Numbered from the stretch's first letter, positions 50,163-63,281 are shown. The stretch is DNA of 64,000 bases from Octopus sinensis (GCF_006345805.1 NC_042998.1:24986001-25050000); one strand, 5' to 3'. Made by a program: numbers and translations. The notes: generated from the letters alone by a model not told the origin.

Positions 50163-50582
50163 AAGGCTGCGAGCTGGCAGAATCGTTAGCATGCTGGGCG
50201 AAATGCTTAGTGGTATTTCGTCTGCCGCTACGTTCTGAGTTCAAATTCCGCCGAGGTCAACTTTGCCTTTCATTCTTTCGGGGGTCAATAAATTAAGTAC
50301 CAGTTACTCACTGGGGTCGATGCAATCGACTTAATACCTATGTCTGTCCTTGTTTGTCCCCTCTATGTTTAGCCCCTTGTGGGTAATAAAGAAATAGGTA
50401 TTTCTTCTGCCGCTACGTTCTGAGTTCAAATTCCACCGAGGTCGACTTTGCCTTTCATCCTTTAGGGTCGATAAATTAAGTACCAGTAACGCACTGGATC
50501 GATATAATCGACTTAATCCGTTTTTCTGTCCTCGTTTGTCCCCTCTGTGTTTAGCCCCTTGTGGGCAGTAAAGAAATAAGAA
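50163..50582 (+). mobile_element. SINE-B tandem (full copy followed by head-truncated copy)
   Basis: AAGGCTGCGAGCTGGCAG head; tail AAAGAAATAG runs into GTATTTCTTCTGCCGCTACG; two Nin-like domains. Confidence 0.85.
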
Positions 50583-50714
50583 GGAATAACAACTAGTGGT
50601 GTACTGGAGATAAATATAATTGTAAACTATTCTTACTAATGCAACTATGTCTTATCACAGTTAATAATGCAGTTTGTCAGGAAAGGATGTTGATGAGTTA
50701 TAAATTTCCAGAGA

Positions 50715-51125
50715 ATCATCATCATCATCATTATCATTGTCTAACGTCCGTTTTCCATGCTAGCATGGGTTGGACAGATCGACCGGGGTCTGGGAAACGA
50801 GGAGGCTGCACCAGGCTCCAGTCTGATCTGGCAGTGTTTCTACAGCTGGATGCCCTTCCTAACACCAACCACTCCTTGAGTGTAGTGGGTACTTTTTACA
50901 TGCCACTGGTACAGGTGCCAGGTGAGGGTAGCAACCACTATGATCGGTTGGTGCTTTTTACATACCACCGGCACGGAGGCCACTCAAGGTGACGCTGGCA
51001 TCAGCCATGTTCGGATGGTACTTTTTACATGCCACCGGCACGGGGATCACAACTACAATTTCTATTTGAATTTTGATGTTGATGTTGATGTACTTGACTC
51101 AATAGGTTTCCTCAAGAGGACATTT
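50715..51125 (-). mobile_element. RTE 3'UTR-only copy
   Basis: CATCATC...TTTTCCATGCTAGCATGGG; GGATGCCCTTCCTAAC. Confidence 0.8.
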
Positions 51126-51412
51126 AAAAATCAAGGAAATCCACAGAATATTTACTTTCAATATTTTCTGTCATCTCAACCATTTTAATTGCGTCTCTGG
51201 TTGATGAAATAATTCTACAATACAGAAATGTTTCTGATTTGACTAGATTTAGATAAAAGAATTTTGGTTACATTTCCAAACAGAACTACTTATATACTAT
51301 TGTTTTTTTTTTTCGTTTTTTGGTAGGGGGCTTACTTTAGAAGATACGAAAATTCCTTACTTTATTATTTATTTCTTTTATACAAATAGTTGAGCAAACG
51401 AAACCACATTTT

Positions 51413-51581
51413 ACATTATTTACATTTGATGGATATTTGTCCTCATCTTGTTTGTTGTTAACACAATGTTTCGGCTGATACACCCTCCAGCCTTCATCAG
51501 GTGTCTTGGGGAAATTTTGAACCTGGGTTCTCATTCCTAAGGTATTTGTCGTCGTCGTCATCATCATCATCATCATCATCA

Positions 51582-51626
<45 letters not shown>

Positions 51627-51764
51627 TCACTGTCTGGAATTGAACTCAGAATCTTGGGCTTAGTAGCCTGTGCTCTTAACCACTACAAGATGAGGACAAA
51701 TATCCATCAAATGTAAATAATATAAATAATGTGCATAATTCCTCATGCCTTAAATATAGAACTG
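51413..51764 (-). mobile_element. tRNA-headed, HHR-tailed SINE-like element (copy 2; 51413-51686) with an inverted tail piece (51687-51764)
   Basis: Minus strand GTAGTGGTTAAGAGC...GAGTTCAATTCC, (AAT/GAT)n, GACAC-CTGATGA-A-GGCTG...CAGCC-GAAAC-ATT-GTGTT (51460-51505). Confidence 0.8.
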
Positions 51765-52049
51765 AAACCATATTTTGTTTAGAATATCACTCTGAACTCC
51801 TAGTATAGAGTATCTGGCATACATATCTTATACCCTCTATAAATAAAATAATTGTTTAAGCAAACGCTTCCAAGTAATATACTATCAAAGTCCTTCATAA
51901 TTATTCCACTGGCAAAAATAATTAATAAAACTCATTATATTTCTTGTTGCATTTCAGTGAAACCTTCACAAGGGTAATGTGACTACATGTGTATCGTTGG
52001 CGATTTTTTTTCCTCCGTCTTCCCTTCCTTGGATCTTTCCTTTTCCTAT

Positions 52050-52084
52050 GTTTCTGACGAAGAACTCTGCTCGAAACGTTAAAT
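52050..52084 (+). ncRNA. Minimal type-I hammerhead motif in a pyrimidine-rich PLE-like terminal repeat (~51975-52160)
   Basis: GUUU-CUGACGA-A-GAAC-UCU-GCUC-GAAAC-GUU-AAAU; one stem II mismatch. Confidence 0.6.
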
Positions 52085-53064
52085 CCTCCTTCTTTCTTTC
52101 CTTTCCTGAGCATCCCATAACACTATACTGGTTCCACGTCCTCACGTTGTTGTGTTTAAATGTTTGGATTAACATTAATATAACTATTACCCTTGTGAAC
52201 ATTAAAAAAATTCCATATTTTATATACTTCTCTGTTTGTCCCTGAGTTTCTTATTTCATTCTTGCACCTGCTTTGCCAATTTCGATGTCAATACTTTAAC
52301 ACACAACTTATGCTTAGCTGCTGAAATATATTTCACATCATATATTAAATCACTTCATATATCGTATCTTATTACTTGAAAAATGAAAAGAATTAAGAAA
52401 AAGAAACATTTGTTTTAAGATACTGATAGTATAAAAGTTCTAATGGATCTCTTCTGTTTAAAAAAAGCACATAGTTAAGAGTAGGCTAACATGAAATGGT
52501 GAGCCAAAAAGAATTTTTGATTTAATGAATTTGCACCATTAACGTGAAAAACATTTATTTTGTCTGGGAACTACATATGTTATTACTCTGAAGGAAACTG
52601 CATCTGTTTGTTTCTGATTACTGTCCATGTGTAATAAACTCTCAAATAAATCATTTCCATTATTATGGTGGCAGGTTCAGCTTGCTATCATAATGAGGTG
52701 TCCGTTCTTTACAAAATTAATCATCATGTAAAAGAAACGTTTAATTTTTCCTTGAAGTCATTTACTCTATCTACATAAATTTTCCTTTGTCTATTATAAT
52801 TCCAGTTACCCAACTCAGTTCTTTTGTTTGCATTGTTTCTGTTTCGTATGTCCACTTAAATAAATAAATTAATCTAGCTATTTATATATTCCATAATGTA
52901 TTTATGTACATTGCTTTAACTAATAGCTTTGTTGTCATAGTTCCACTCTGCAGTTCATAAACTTAGACAGCTTTAAAATATTCTATTGCTGGTGTAATTC
53001 TGATTAGTCTATTAACCCTTTGGAAGACCTTTGTGATGTACAGAACTCAGCAAATATTAGCGCC

Positions 53065-53510
53065 CTGCTTGCGAAGACCTGTTGAGGCAAGTGAAATCGA
53101 AATCGAAATCAAATTCGATGACTGGCATCCAGGCTAGTGGAGTGCTAAGAGTACCATATGAGTGTGATCATTGCCAGAGCAATAAACTGACCTCCGTGCC
53201 AGTGGCATGTAAAAAGCACCATTCAAATGTGATCGTTACCTGTGTCACCTTACTAGCACTTGCGCTGGCGGCACGTGAAAAAACATTTGAGCGAGGTCGT
53301 TGCTAGTGCTGCTGGACTGGCTACTGTGCAGGTGGCACATAAAAAGCATCATTTGAGTGTGGCCACTGCCAGTACCGCCTGAATGACCCTCATGCTGGTG
53401 GCATGTAAAAGCACTATACTCTCAGAGTGGTTGGCGTTAGGAAGGGCATCAAGCTGTAGAAACTCAGCCATGGAAAGCGGACATTAAACAATGATGATGA
53501 TGAGGAGGAG
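53065..53510 (+). mobile_element. RTE 3'UTR-only copy
   Basis: GAAGACCTGTTGAGGCAAGTGAAATCG start, GTGGCA sub-repeats, (GAT)n. Confidence 0.8.
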
Positions 53511-53556
53511 GAGGAGGAAAATCCAAAACCTGAAGCAACAAGCAATTGACTGTGTC

Positions 53557-53850
53557 TGAAAAAATTTATCAATAGGTTAAGCAGTTGTGGTCCATTAAAA
53601 AGGTGGCAGTAGTACCAATAATTGTCCGAGCTCTGGGAACAGCAAGTAAAAATTTTGAGACATATATGGAACAAATAGGGACTGCAATAAGGGTGGAGCA
53701 CTTGCAGAAAACAGCACTGCTTGGAACCGCTCGAATACTACGGAAGGTGCTGAAAAAATAAGAGGTGTTACCTTAGTTCACTGGTAGTGAACAGCTGACA
53801 CTGTAGTACATCTCCAGTGTTAGAAGCTGTGCAAAGACAATAATAATAAT
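53557..53850 (+). mobile_element. R4/Dong-clade (RLE-type) non-LTR retrotransposon 3' end with (TAA)n tail
   Basis: KQLWSIKKVAVVPIIVRALGTASKNFETYMEQIGTAIRVEHLQKTALLGTARILRKVLKK* (stop 53759-61). Confidence 0.75.
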
Positions 53851-53861
53851 GACATCAAAAA

Positions 53862-53994
53862 AATACCTTAGGAATGAGAACCCAGGTTCAAAATTCCCCC
53901 AGGACACCTGATGAAGGCTGGAGAGTAAATCAGCCAAAATGTTGTGGTAACAACAAACAAGTTGTGGACAAATATCTGACTTATGTAAATAATG
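53862..53994 (+). mobile_element. HHR-tail fragment of the tRNA-HHR family (copy 3, headless)
   Basis: AATACCTTAGGAATGAGAACCC...GACACCTGATGAAGGCTGG...CAGCCAAAATGTTGTGG. Confidence 0.75.
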
Positions 53995-54224
53995 GGAAAA
54001 TAATGGTGTGAATACTCTGAATGCATGATATAGTCATGTTGTCTTAGCATCTTTAATGACTTCAATGGTATTATTGTGAAAGACTATAAAATGCTTTAAT
54101 ATTTGAGTGTTTTTATTACCACAAAATTCTTTTGAGTTTCAGAAAATTTGACAAATGTTAGAGTTAGACATAACAAGACTTTTTTCTGTAAATGCTCATT
54201 ATTCTCAAAGTACAATGACAGATT

Positions 54225-54576
54225 GACTTTGATATATATATGTATGCATGTATGTATGTATCTATCTTTGTATGTGTGTGTGTGCATGCGTGTATGTTTG
54301 TATGTGTGTATGCGTGTGCATGCCATGCATGTTTGTATGGGTGTTTGTATATGCATGTGTGTGCATGCTTGTATGTTTGTATGTGTGTGCATGTGTGTGT
54401 ATGCGCATGTGTGCATGCATGTATACCTGTATGTGTGTGTGTTTGCATGTGTGTTTATATGTGCATGTATGTATTTGTGTGTATGTATGTACATGCATAT
54501 GCGTGCATGAGTGTGCATGCATGTATATTTGTATGCTTGTTTGTATATATGCATGTATGTGTGTGTGCGTATTTGT

Positions 54577-54613
<37 letters not shown>

Positions 54614-54622
54614 TGCATGTGT
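54225..54622. repeat. (TG)/(TATG)/(TGCA) compound microsatellite
   Basis: Directly visible. Confidence 0.9.
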
Positions 54623-54699
54623 ACCCCTTGTTCAATCTACTTTTACTTCTCATGCTAAGACAGCTATTAGAGGAACCTGACAGTATCATATATCCAAAC

Positions 54700-55560
54700 A
54701 ACAATAGACAATAATCTTTGCCAAATGGTAACACAGAATTCAAATACATTAACCATTTTAAAATCTCGCTAATAACATATCTTCCAAGAAAAGACTTGAA
54801 ATATTATTCATTCACTTAACCTTTTTTTTATAGTGTTGAAAGGATACAATTCCATAAAGTAGATTTTTAGTGGGCTTTTCTTTATCTTTTTCTTTTTTTT
54901 TTTTCACTTTTTATGTTAAACAGTATTGCCCCTACTTTTAATGTTTTGCATTAATTTCTTAAATAAAAATTCAAAATTCCTTGTAGAAACACTTCCTTAT
55001 TTTTCTTACTTGTTTATCCTAAGAAGCAAAGAGTTGTTTCATGTTTTAAGAGAGGAATTTGTGAAATAAAATTGCTTCTTTAAACCCTTCAAATTATTCA
55101 GTTATTCCACAAAAGGAACTGTCATTTTGAGATCTCTTTTAAACTTCTTTTATATAATTAGATAACTTATTTATATTTTAATCATCTTGGATTCAAAATT
55201 TCCAATAATCTGAAAATTTTTATATATTTTTTTCTGATTAAAATTAATATTTTCCTTTCTTCAATATTCCGATATTAAATTCAGTATTCTGACTTCAAAT
55301 AAAGCAACAGCATCAGAATATATTTTTGTGCAGTGTGAAGTAAAATTTATTCCCAGTTACTTGTTTTCACTGTTATTTCAGTCTCCCTTCACTGAAGAAT
55401 TATGTAGTTACAAAAGATTTATTTAGAAGAGGGGCAGTGATGAAAGAGTAGCAATATTGAATGTTTGGCTCCTTAAATCCTTATTGTATCCTATTGTGAA
55501 TTTTTCTTCCCCTTATAGTGGATATTCTGTGAGAATCATAGGATGTAGAACTGCACCACA
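54700..55560 (-). pseudogene. Possible L1/Tx1 ORF2 C-terminal relic
   Basis: PLLNKSF..., DSSFCGITE*, TLCFLG...ILNFY resemble PLW.N / C.FC...ET / FG motifs; many stops. Confidence 0.25.
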
Positions 55561-55582
55561 GGCTGATCCTTCCACACACACA

Positions 55583-55871
55583 TCGTTTGTTCCTTCTTGA
55601 GCCAGGCATGGCTCATAAAGGCCGTTTTCCTGTTTCCATGGCGTATAGGTTCCCCACCTGGACAGAACGCTGGTCCTTCGCAGGTGAGCTGCAAGATGCA
55701 GGAGGAAACAGTGAGAGAAAATTGTGGTGAAAAAGTCAGCAGAAGTTCACCATTACCACATGAAGCTTAGGTGTTTCACTCATAAACACACACATCGCCT
55801 GTCTGAGATTTGAACCCAAGATCCCTCGACCATGAGTCTGCTGCTCTAACCACTAGACCATGTGCCTCCAC
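55583..55871 (-). mobile_element. SINE-V
   Basis: Near-collinear with 13687-13990. Confidence 0.8.
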
Positions 55872-55909
55872 TTCTACACACATACATATATAATTCTATA
55901 CAGGTATAA

Positions 55910-56115
55910 CCCTTTAGCATTTAAGCAGGCCATATACAACAGTTTTATGTTATAACCAATCAGATCCAGCCTCTCACACCTACCTTACACTGTCATTCTA
56001 AAAATATACAACCAGACCATCAAAATCTCAAAACTATGAGATAACATATGATTAATTCAAAACAATGTGAATAAATAAGCATTACATTTGACAGAAAAAC
56101 CTGAATTCTAAAGGG
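55910..56115. mobile_element. piggyBac-type MITE, second family
   Basis: ATAA|CCCTTTAGCATT ... AATTCTAAAGGG|TTAA. Confidence 0.6.
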
Positions 56116-57208
56116 TTAAATGGAATCATTTCTTGAAGAAATCAAACTGAATAAAACTGAAAAATACAAAACAAATGTTTTATTGAGTATATTTTGTATT
56201 CAAACTGTTTACAGTTCTTAATATTATTTTTGATTATATTTGTAAGTCACATTGCTAATATAACAATTCATTGATACTGTTAAAGTATATTAAGTATACT
56301 TCCATCTTATTACTTAAACTATTGTTTGCTACTATTCACATACACAGATCTACAACTAAATTATATTTATTTTCATCTTCATGTCTATTTACTACACACA
56401 GTTCAATATTTCAAATTTAATTTACTTTCTCTCGACATAAGCTAAAAATAAAAATAGTAATTAATTAAATTTATAAAACTGTAGTTTCTTTTCATAAAAG
56501 GATTTCCTGTTAATGTAAATATTCAATCTGAAAATGATAACTGTACTTATAATAAAGCAGAGAAAAAAAGTATGAAATGTTTTAAAGATAAAACGTAAGG
56601 CTTCATTTTCTTGAGAAAATTCTGAACAAATGTTTCAGAGGTAGTGACAGCTAATTATATTTTCACAAGCGATATAAATGAATAACACATGAATATTTTA
56701 GCTTTTAATAAAGACTTTTATGGCTGATAATAGCTATAACAACTTTATGAATGATAATAATAAACCCATGTAACATACACATGCATGCAAACAGATAAGC
56801 TAATTGTGAACTAACGATACTATTGAACTCATTAAAACTTGTTACAATTTAATTTCAACTATCTGTTTTAACAGAAAAAAAATTAAATAATAAAATCTAA
56901 AAAATTAGTGAATGAGTTCTTTAGCATGAAGTTATCAGCACAGAGAGATTTGTTGTATGGCAAGACAATTTGACATGTTTCCTAATCTAGATAAGAATTA
57001 GCAAACAGTTTTACATAAAACAAAAACTTAATAAATACCATAAGTTCCTTCGACAACAAAAATGACGTACCATTTAAATTAGTTTTGAGATATTACTCAA
57101 AAGGAACATTTATTTCAACTGTAGCTGTTTTGACATCCATAAACCGTAAACTAGGTACTAGTGAACGTAGTTCAGCTAACGACCTTGCTTAAATTAATCA
57201 TTTGTTAA

Positions 57209-57429
57209 CCCTTTTGCCACCATATTTCTGTTGAGATGCTCTGTGTTTCTTTCAATTAATTTTAGATATAACAAAGAATTTAGTAAAATAACTTGGTTAT
57301 CTTTCAGCTAGTGTTAGGAACATAAACTGTGACTAAGGTTTGGTGGAAGATTTTAATTCAAAACTTATGAAAACAAGATATTTGTACTCAGAGCCAGAGC
57401 CGGTTTCAGCCAGGTTGGTAACAAAAGGG
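57209..57429 (+). mobile_element. piggyBac-type MITE monomer preceded by the dimer spacer
   Basis: TTAA-ATTAATCATTTG-TTAA (57189-57208) then CCCTTTTGCCACCATAT ... AAAAGGG|TTAA. Confidence 0.85.
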
Positions 57430-57772
57430 TTAAGTTCGTGTCTGGGTGAAAAATTATAGGGCCTTCATAAGTGTGATGAGTGGAGTGGTGACACTAAAAA
57501 GCCTCTCTTTCTTTTACTTAGAGAGGTTGCAGCTCTGAGTCTGAGCTCAGTCTATCAAATAAAGTTTTAATTAGACAATGCTCAAGCTTGTAATAATGGT
57601 GAATGAAAATCTGTGTATTGGCACAGCGTGGATGTGACGATAAGAAACAGGCTTTCAAATCATGTCGTCTCAGGTTCAGTCTCACTGCGTGGCAACATGG
57701 ACAACTGTCTTCTTCTCCAGCCTAGGATTGACCAAAACATTCTGAGTGTTACATTTTTTTGGGGATTATCTA

Positions 57773-57824
<52 letters not shown>

Positions 57825-57865
57825 AAGTATATATATATAGATAAAGTATATAAAGTATATATAGA

Positions 57866-60800
57866 TAAAGTAATTGAGGTAATCAGAGTAAGTGACAGAA
57901 TACTTAAGATTAGATTAGTGCTTCATCATAGTTTAGCAACCATTATATCAGCCTATGCTCCTCAGTCGGGGCTACCCGATGGACAGAAAGACCGATCTAT
58001 GACACTCTACTGCAGACTACCTCATTGACGAACGACAGAGACCTTATCTTTGTGGCTGGTGACTTCAATGGTCACGTTGGACGACATGCTGGGGGCTTCC
58101 ATAGCGTACATGGAGGCTATGGCTATGGCTCCCGCAACGAGGAGGGAACCAGGCTGCTGGAGTTCTGCGATGCAAATAATCTTATGATTTGCAACACTAA
58201 CTTCAGGAAACCTACCAGCCACCTAGTCACTTACCAATCGGGCCAACATACCAGCCAATTGACTACATCCTTACAAGGCAAAGGGAGAGATGGCTGCTTA
58301 TAAATGCCAAAACCTTCCAGGTGAAGAATGTACCCCACAACATAGACTGGTAGTTAGTGACTTTAGGATCAGGACTAGGAGGACAACCAGAAGACGAAAA
58401 ATATGGAGAAGAAGGATCTGGAAGCTTAAAGATCCTGCAAATGGACAGAGATTTAGGGACATATTACTTGAAGCCCTGACGAAGTAGAAGGGGATAGAGC
58501 ATCACAGGGGGTAGAAGACAGCTGGACGTTTCTAAGGGACAACCTGCTGAGAGCCACTGACCAGATCTGTGGCTGGTGCAAAGTCCCCTCTCGACCTAGA
58601 ATAACGTGGTGGTGGAACAATATTGTAGACAGGGCTATTAGAGAAAAGAGACAGGCTTGGAAGGTCTGGAAAAATGGGGGTAGCAGGGAATTGTATCAGA
58701 CTGCCAAAAGAGAAGCTAGGAGACAGGTTTATTTAGCCAGAGGGGAAGCAGATAAGAAAAAATTTGCCAATGTTCTGCGCCGTGAGGACCAAAGACTGGA
58801 GGTGTTTCGTGTTGCAAGACAGTGTGTGAGAGAGAATCGTGATGTGGTAGGAGAGAAGTGTGTTCGCATGGAAGATGGTTCACTTGCGCTAAATGAGGAT
58901 GCAAAGAGAGAGTTTGGAGATGCCACTATGAAAGGTTGCTGAATGAAGAAAATGAATGGGATAAAGAGAGTCTGCCGAATGTTGACCCAACAGAGGGACC
59001 AGCTATCCGAGTGATAGTTCTGTGGTAGCTAAGGCAATTAGAAGCATGAAGACAGGGAAAGCCCCAGGCCCATCAGGAATCACTGCAGAGATGCTCAAAA
59101 TGTCTGGTAGTGTCGGCTATAGCCTAGTCACCCATATAGTTAATCAGGTGATACACAAAGGGGTCATACCCAATGACTGGTGTAGCAGTATAATAGTCAA
59201 CTGCTACAAAGGTAAAGGTGATGCCCTAGATACAAATAACTACAGAGGTATCAAGCTGTTGGACCAGGTGATGAAGGTACGGAGAGGGTCATAGCCCAAC
59301 TAATTAGAGAGAGAGTTAGTTAGTTTGATGAGATGCAGTTTGGGTTTGTGCCAGGGAAAAGTACTACTGATGCTATATTCCTGGTAAGGCAGCTGCAGGA
59401 GAAATACCTAGCCAAAGATAAGCCCCTGTACCTGGCTTTTGTTGACATGGAGAAAGCCTTCGACAGGGTCCCCCGATCCCTTATCTGGTGGGCAATGAGG
59501 AAACTAGGGATAGATGAATGGTTAGTGAGAGCTGTGCGGGCCATGTATAGGGACGCCGCTAGTAGGGTGAGGGTTGGAAATGAGTACAGTGAAGAATTGG
59601 GTAGAGGTAGGGGTCCACCAAGGCTCAGTCCTCAGCCCCCTCCTATTTATCATAGTCCTCCAGGCAATAACGGAGGAATTCAAGACAGGATGCCCTTGGG
59701 AGCTCCTCTATGCTGATGACCTTGCTCTAATGTGCTGAGTCGCTATCAGAACTGGAGGAGAAGTTTCAGGTGTGGAAACAGGATTAGAATCAAAGGGCCT
59801 CAGAGTCAATCTAGCTAAAACAAAGTCGTAATCAGTAGGAAGGTAGACAAATCACAAACACCTTCAGGTAGATGGCCCTGCTCGATCTGTAGAAAAGGTG
59901 TAGGTAGAAACTCTATAAGATGCACCAAGTGTAAGCTATGGACACATAAGAGATGCAGCAATGTCAAAGGAAGGCTAACTAGGAAGATGGTTTTTGTATG
60001 TGGCAGATGCTCAGGAACAATAAACACTGAAAATGCTCTGAGACCAACTTCCGTCACTTTCCAGGGAGAAAAACTAGAAATAGTTGATAGTTTCCGTTAC
60101 CTAGGTGACCAAGTCAGCAGGGGGGGCGGGTGTGCTGAAAGTGTAACTGCTAGAGTAAGAATAGCTTGGGCAAAGTTCAGAGAGCTCTTACCTCTGCTGG
60201 TGACAAAAGGCCTCTCGCACAGAGTGAAAGGCAGACTGTATGATGCGTGTGTACGAACAGCCATGCTACATGGCAGTGAAACATGGGCCGTGACTGCTGA
60301 GGATATGCGTAAGCTCGCTAGAAATGAAGCCAGTATGCTCCGATGGATGTGTAATGCCGGTACTCACACTCGGCAGAGTGTAAGTACCTTGAGAGAAAAG
60401 CTGGACCTAAGAAGCATCAGTTGTGGTGTGCAAGAGAGACGTTTGCGCTGGTATGGTCATGTGGCGAGAAGGATGAAGATAGTTGTGTGAAAAAGTGCCA
60501 CACCCTAGCGGTTGAGGGAACCTGTGGAAGAGGCAGACCCAGGAAAACCTGGGACGAGGTGGTGAAGCACGACCTTCGAACTTTAGGTCTCACTGAGGAA
60601 ATGACTAGAGACCGAGACCTCTGGAAGTGTGCTGTGCGCGAGAAGACCGGCAGGACAAGTGAGTCCACAACCCGTGGCCTTCTACATGGGATGGAGCCAG
60701 CCTACGTATGCATACCTTCCCTTCTTGGGACACAAAACTCTACTTGTGAAGATGTGTTGAGGCAAGTGAGGATCAGAATCGAAATCGATCAATGGAAATT

Positions 60801-61272
60801 GCGGATGTGCTACCAGTGCCGGTGGCATGTCGAAACTCTGCTTGTGAAGACCATTGAGGCAAGTGAGGATCAGAATCGAAATCGATCAATGGAAATCGAT
60901 CAATGGAAGTTGCAGATGTGTTACCAGTGCCGGTGGCATGTAAGAGAACTTTCCGTTTCGCGACCGTTGCCAGCACCGCCCCGTTTCGTGTCCGTTGCCA
61001 GCCTCGCCTGGCCCTCGTGCCGGTGGCACATAAAAAGCACCATCCGTTCGTGGCCGTTTGCCAGCTCTGTCTGGCACCAGTGCGGGTGGCACGTAAAAAG
61101 CACCCACTACACTCACGGAGTGGTTGGCGTTAGGAAGGGCATCCAGCCGTAGAAACACTGCCAGATTTGACTGGGCCTGATGAAGCCTTCTGGCTTCACA
61201 GACCCCAGTAGAACCGTCCAACCCATGCTAGCATGGAAAACGGACGCTAAATGATGATGATGATGATGATGA
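57866..61272 (+). mobile_element. 5'-truncated RTE-clade LINE: partial APE, RT, PHD-like finger, long 3'UTR, (GAT)n tail; several frameshifts
   Basis: SAYAPQ, AGDFNGHVG, QHRLVV, KAPGPSGI, NYRGIKLL, QFGFVPGKSTTDAIF, FVDMEKAFDRVPR, LLYADDL, FRYLGD, AMLHGSETW, RWYGHV, GRPRKTW. Confidence 0.92.
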
Positions 61273-61461
61273 TATATAATTGAAAAAAGATTAGAGATAT
61301 ATATAAATCAAATTTTTATATATAAAAGATGGAGGTGGAAATAGCACAGAAGTAAGTCTAAGATATTTCAATTTAGAAAGAATTTAATAAAATGATTTCA
61401 AAATTATATAAAGAGAACATAGAATATTACCAGTTTCAATGACAACTCTCATCTTAAGATC

Positions 61462-61492
<31 letters not shown>

Positions 61493-61814
61493 TGTATGTA
61501 TGTATGTATGTATGTATGTATGTATATATTTATGTATGTATGTATGTATGTATGTATGAATGTGTATGTATGTGTGTGTATGTTTTGTGATTGTGTTTGT
61601 CCACCACCACCACCACCACTTGATGACTGGTGCTGGTGTGTTCACATGCCTGTAACTTAGCAGTTTAGCGAAAGAGACTGATAGAATAAGCACCAGACTT
61701 ATGATATACATACTGGGATTAATCTGTTTGAGTAAAACCCTTCAAGGTGGTGCTCCAGCATGACCACAGTGCAATGACTGAAGCAAGGAAAAGGTAAAAA
61801 ATGTATTGACAAAT

Positions 61815-62446
61815 ACATTTATGCATACCTGCGTACCTTTTCCTTCCTTGGACACTAAACTCTGCTTGCAAAGACCTGTTGAGGCATGTGAAATCGAAAT
61901 CATATTCAATGACTGGCATCTGTACTAGCGGAGTGCAAAGAGCACCATACGAGCGTGATCGTTGACAGAACAGCTAATTGGCTTCCATGCCAGTTGCACA
62001 TAAAAGGCACCATTCAAGTGTGATCATTACCAGCATCGCCTTACTGGCACTTGTGCCCGTGCTAGTAGGGTGCCAAGAGCACCATCCGAGCATGATCGTT
62101 GCCAGAGCAGCCAACTGGCTTCCATACCGGTGGCATGTAAAAGGGCACCATTCGAGCATGATCGTTACTAACGTCGCCTTACTGGCACCTGTGTTAGGCA
62201 TGTGTAAAAAGATTTGAGCGAGGTCGTTGCCAGTACTACCTGACTGGCCCCCATGCCAGTGGCACGTAAAAAGCATTCACTACACTCTCGTAGTTGTTGG
62301 CGTTAGGAAGGGCATCCAGCTGTAGAAACCCTGCCAAATCATGATTGGAGCCTGATGCAGCCATCTGGTTCACCAGCCCTCAGTCAAAATCGTCCAACCA
62401 ATGCTAGCATGGAAAGCAGACGTTAAACAATGATGATGATGATGAT
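61815..62446 (+). mobile_element. RTE 3'UTR-only copy with expanded internal sub-repeats
   Basis: CATACCTGCGTACCTTTTCC start, five GTGGCA/AAAAG modules, (GAT)n. Confidence 0.8.
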
Positions 62447-63214
62447 ACTCTTTCCTCGCCATGTAATTATTTCTACTTAATTTTTGATGTTCAACACTTT
62501 ATATATGTTAACACTAACACATTGACTATGCACTCTAACCTGAGAACTACATACAATAACTTAGTACTTAGTCTACCAGCCTTCAGGCTGTTATATCAAA
62601 ATCAATATGCATTTTAAAGAAAACTGGTTTCGAAATGGAGAATAATTCTGGCTTGAAATACCACCATTGATTTAATATTATCCAGTATACTTTTCTTTTA
62701 TCTTTGAATATATTTTTCAATATCAATTACTTAATAACAACCATACTGGGATTTATATATTCATATGAAAGAAATTCTTCACAGACAGTTGGACAATTGG
62801 ATTTACTCATGAAATTGTTTGAAAAGCAGAAGCTTTGCCACAGACTGTAATTCAAAAATATGATAGTGTTACCAACATTTAAACTGTAAAGTTATTTTCT
62901 GGAACTAAATACTAATGTAAATCGTATTCTGTATAGAATATACTGTGTTAGATTAAATATAATATTTTGTGAAGCAAATATGAACGTTCTTTGATTTATA
63001 GGTTATTTGCAGTCAATCAAAGAACGTAGAGAATCGTAAATTATATAAAAAGGTCAGGCAGATTTAGAAAAAGAAATCTTTAAATGTCATTCCAAACCAA
63101 AGACGGATAAAATTTTTAATGATACAGCTTATATACGGTTTTCATATTTCTATCAATCTTCCACTATCTTTCGTGCTTTCTCCTATCATCTTTAATATAT
63201 ATGTATTTAAATAT

Positions 63215-63249
63215 AGGTGTGTGTTTGTAAATGTGTATATATATATATA

Positions 63250-63281
<32 letters not shown>

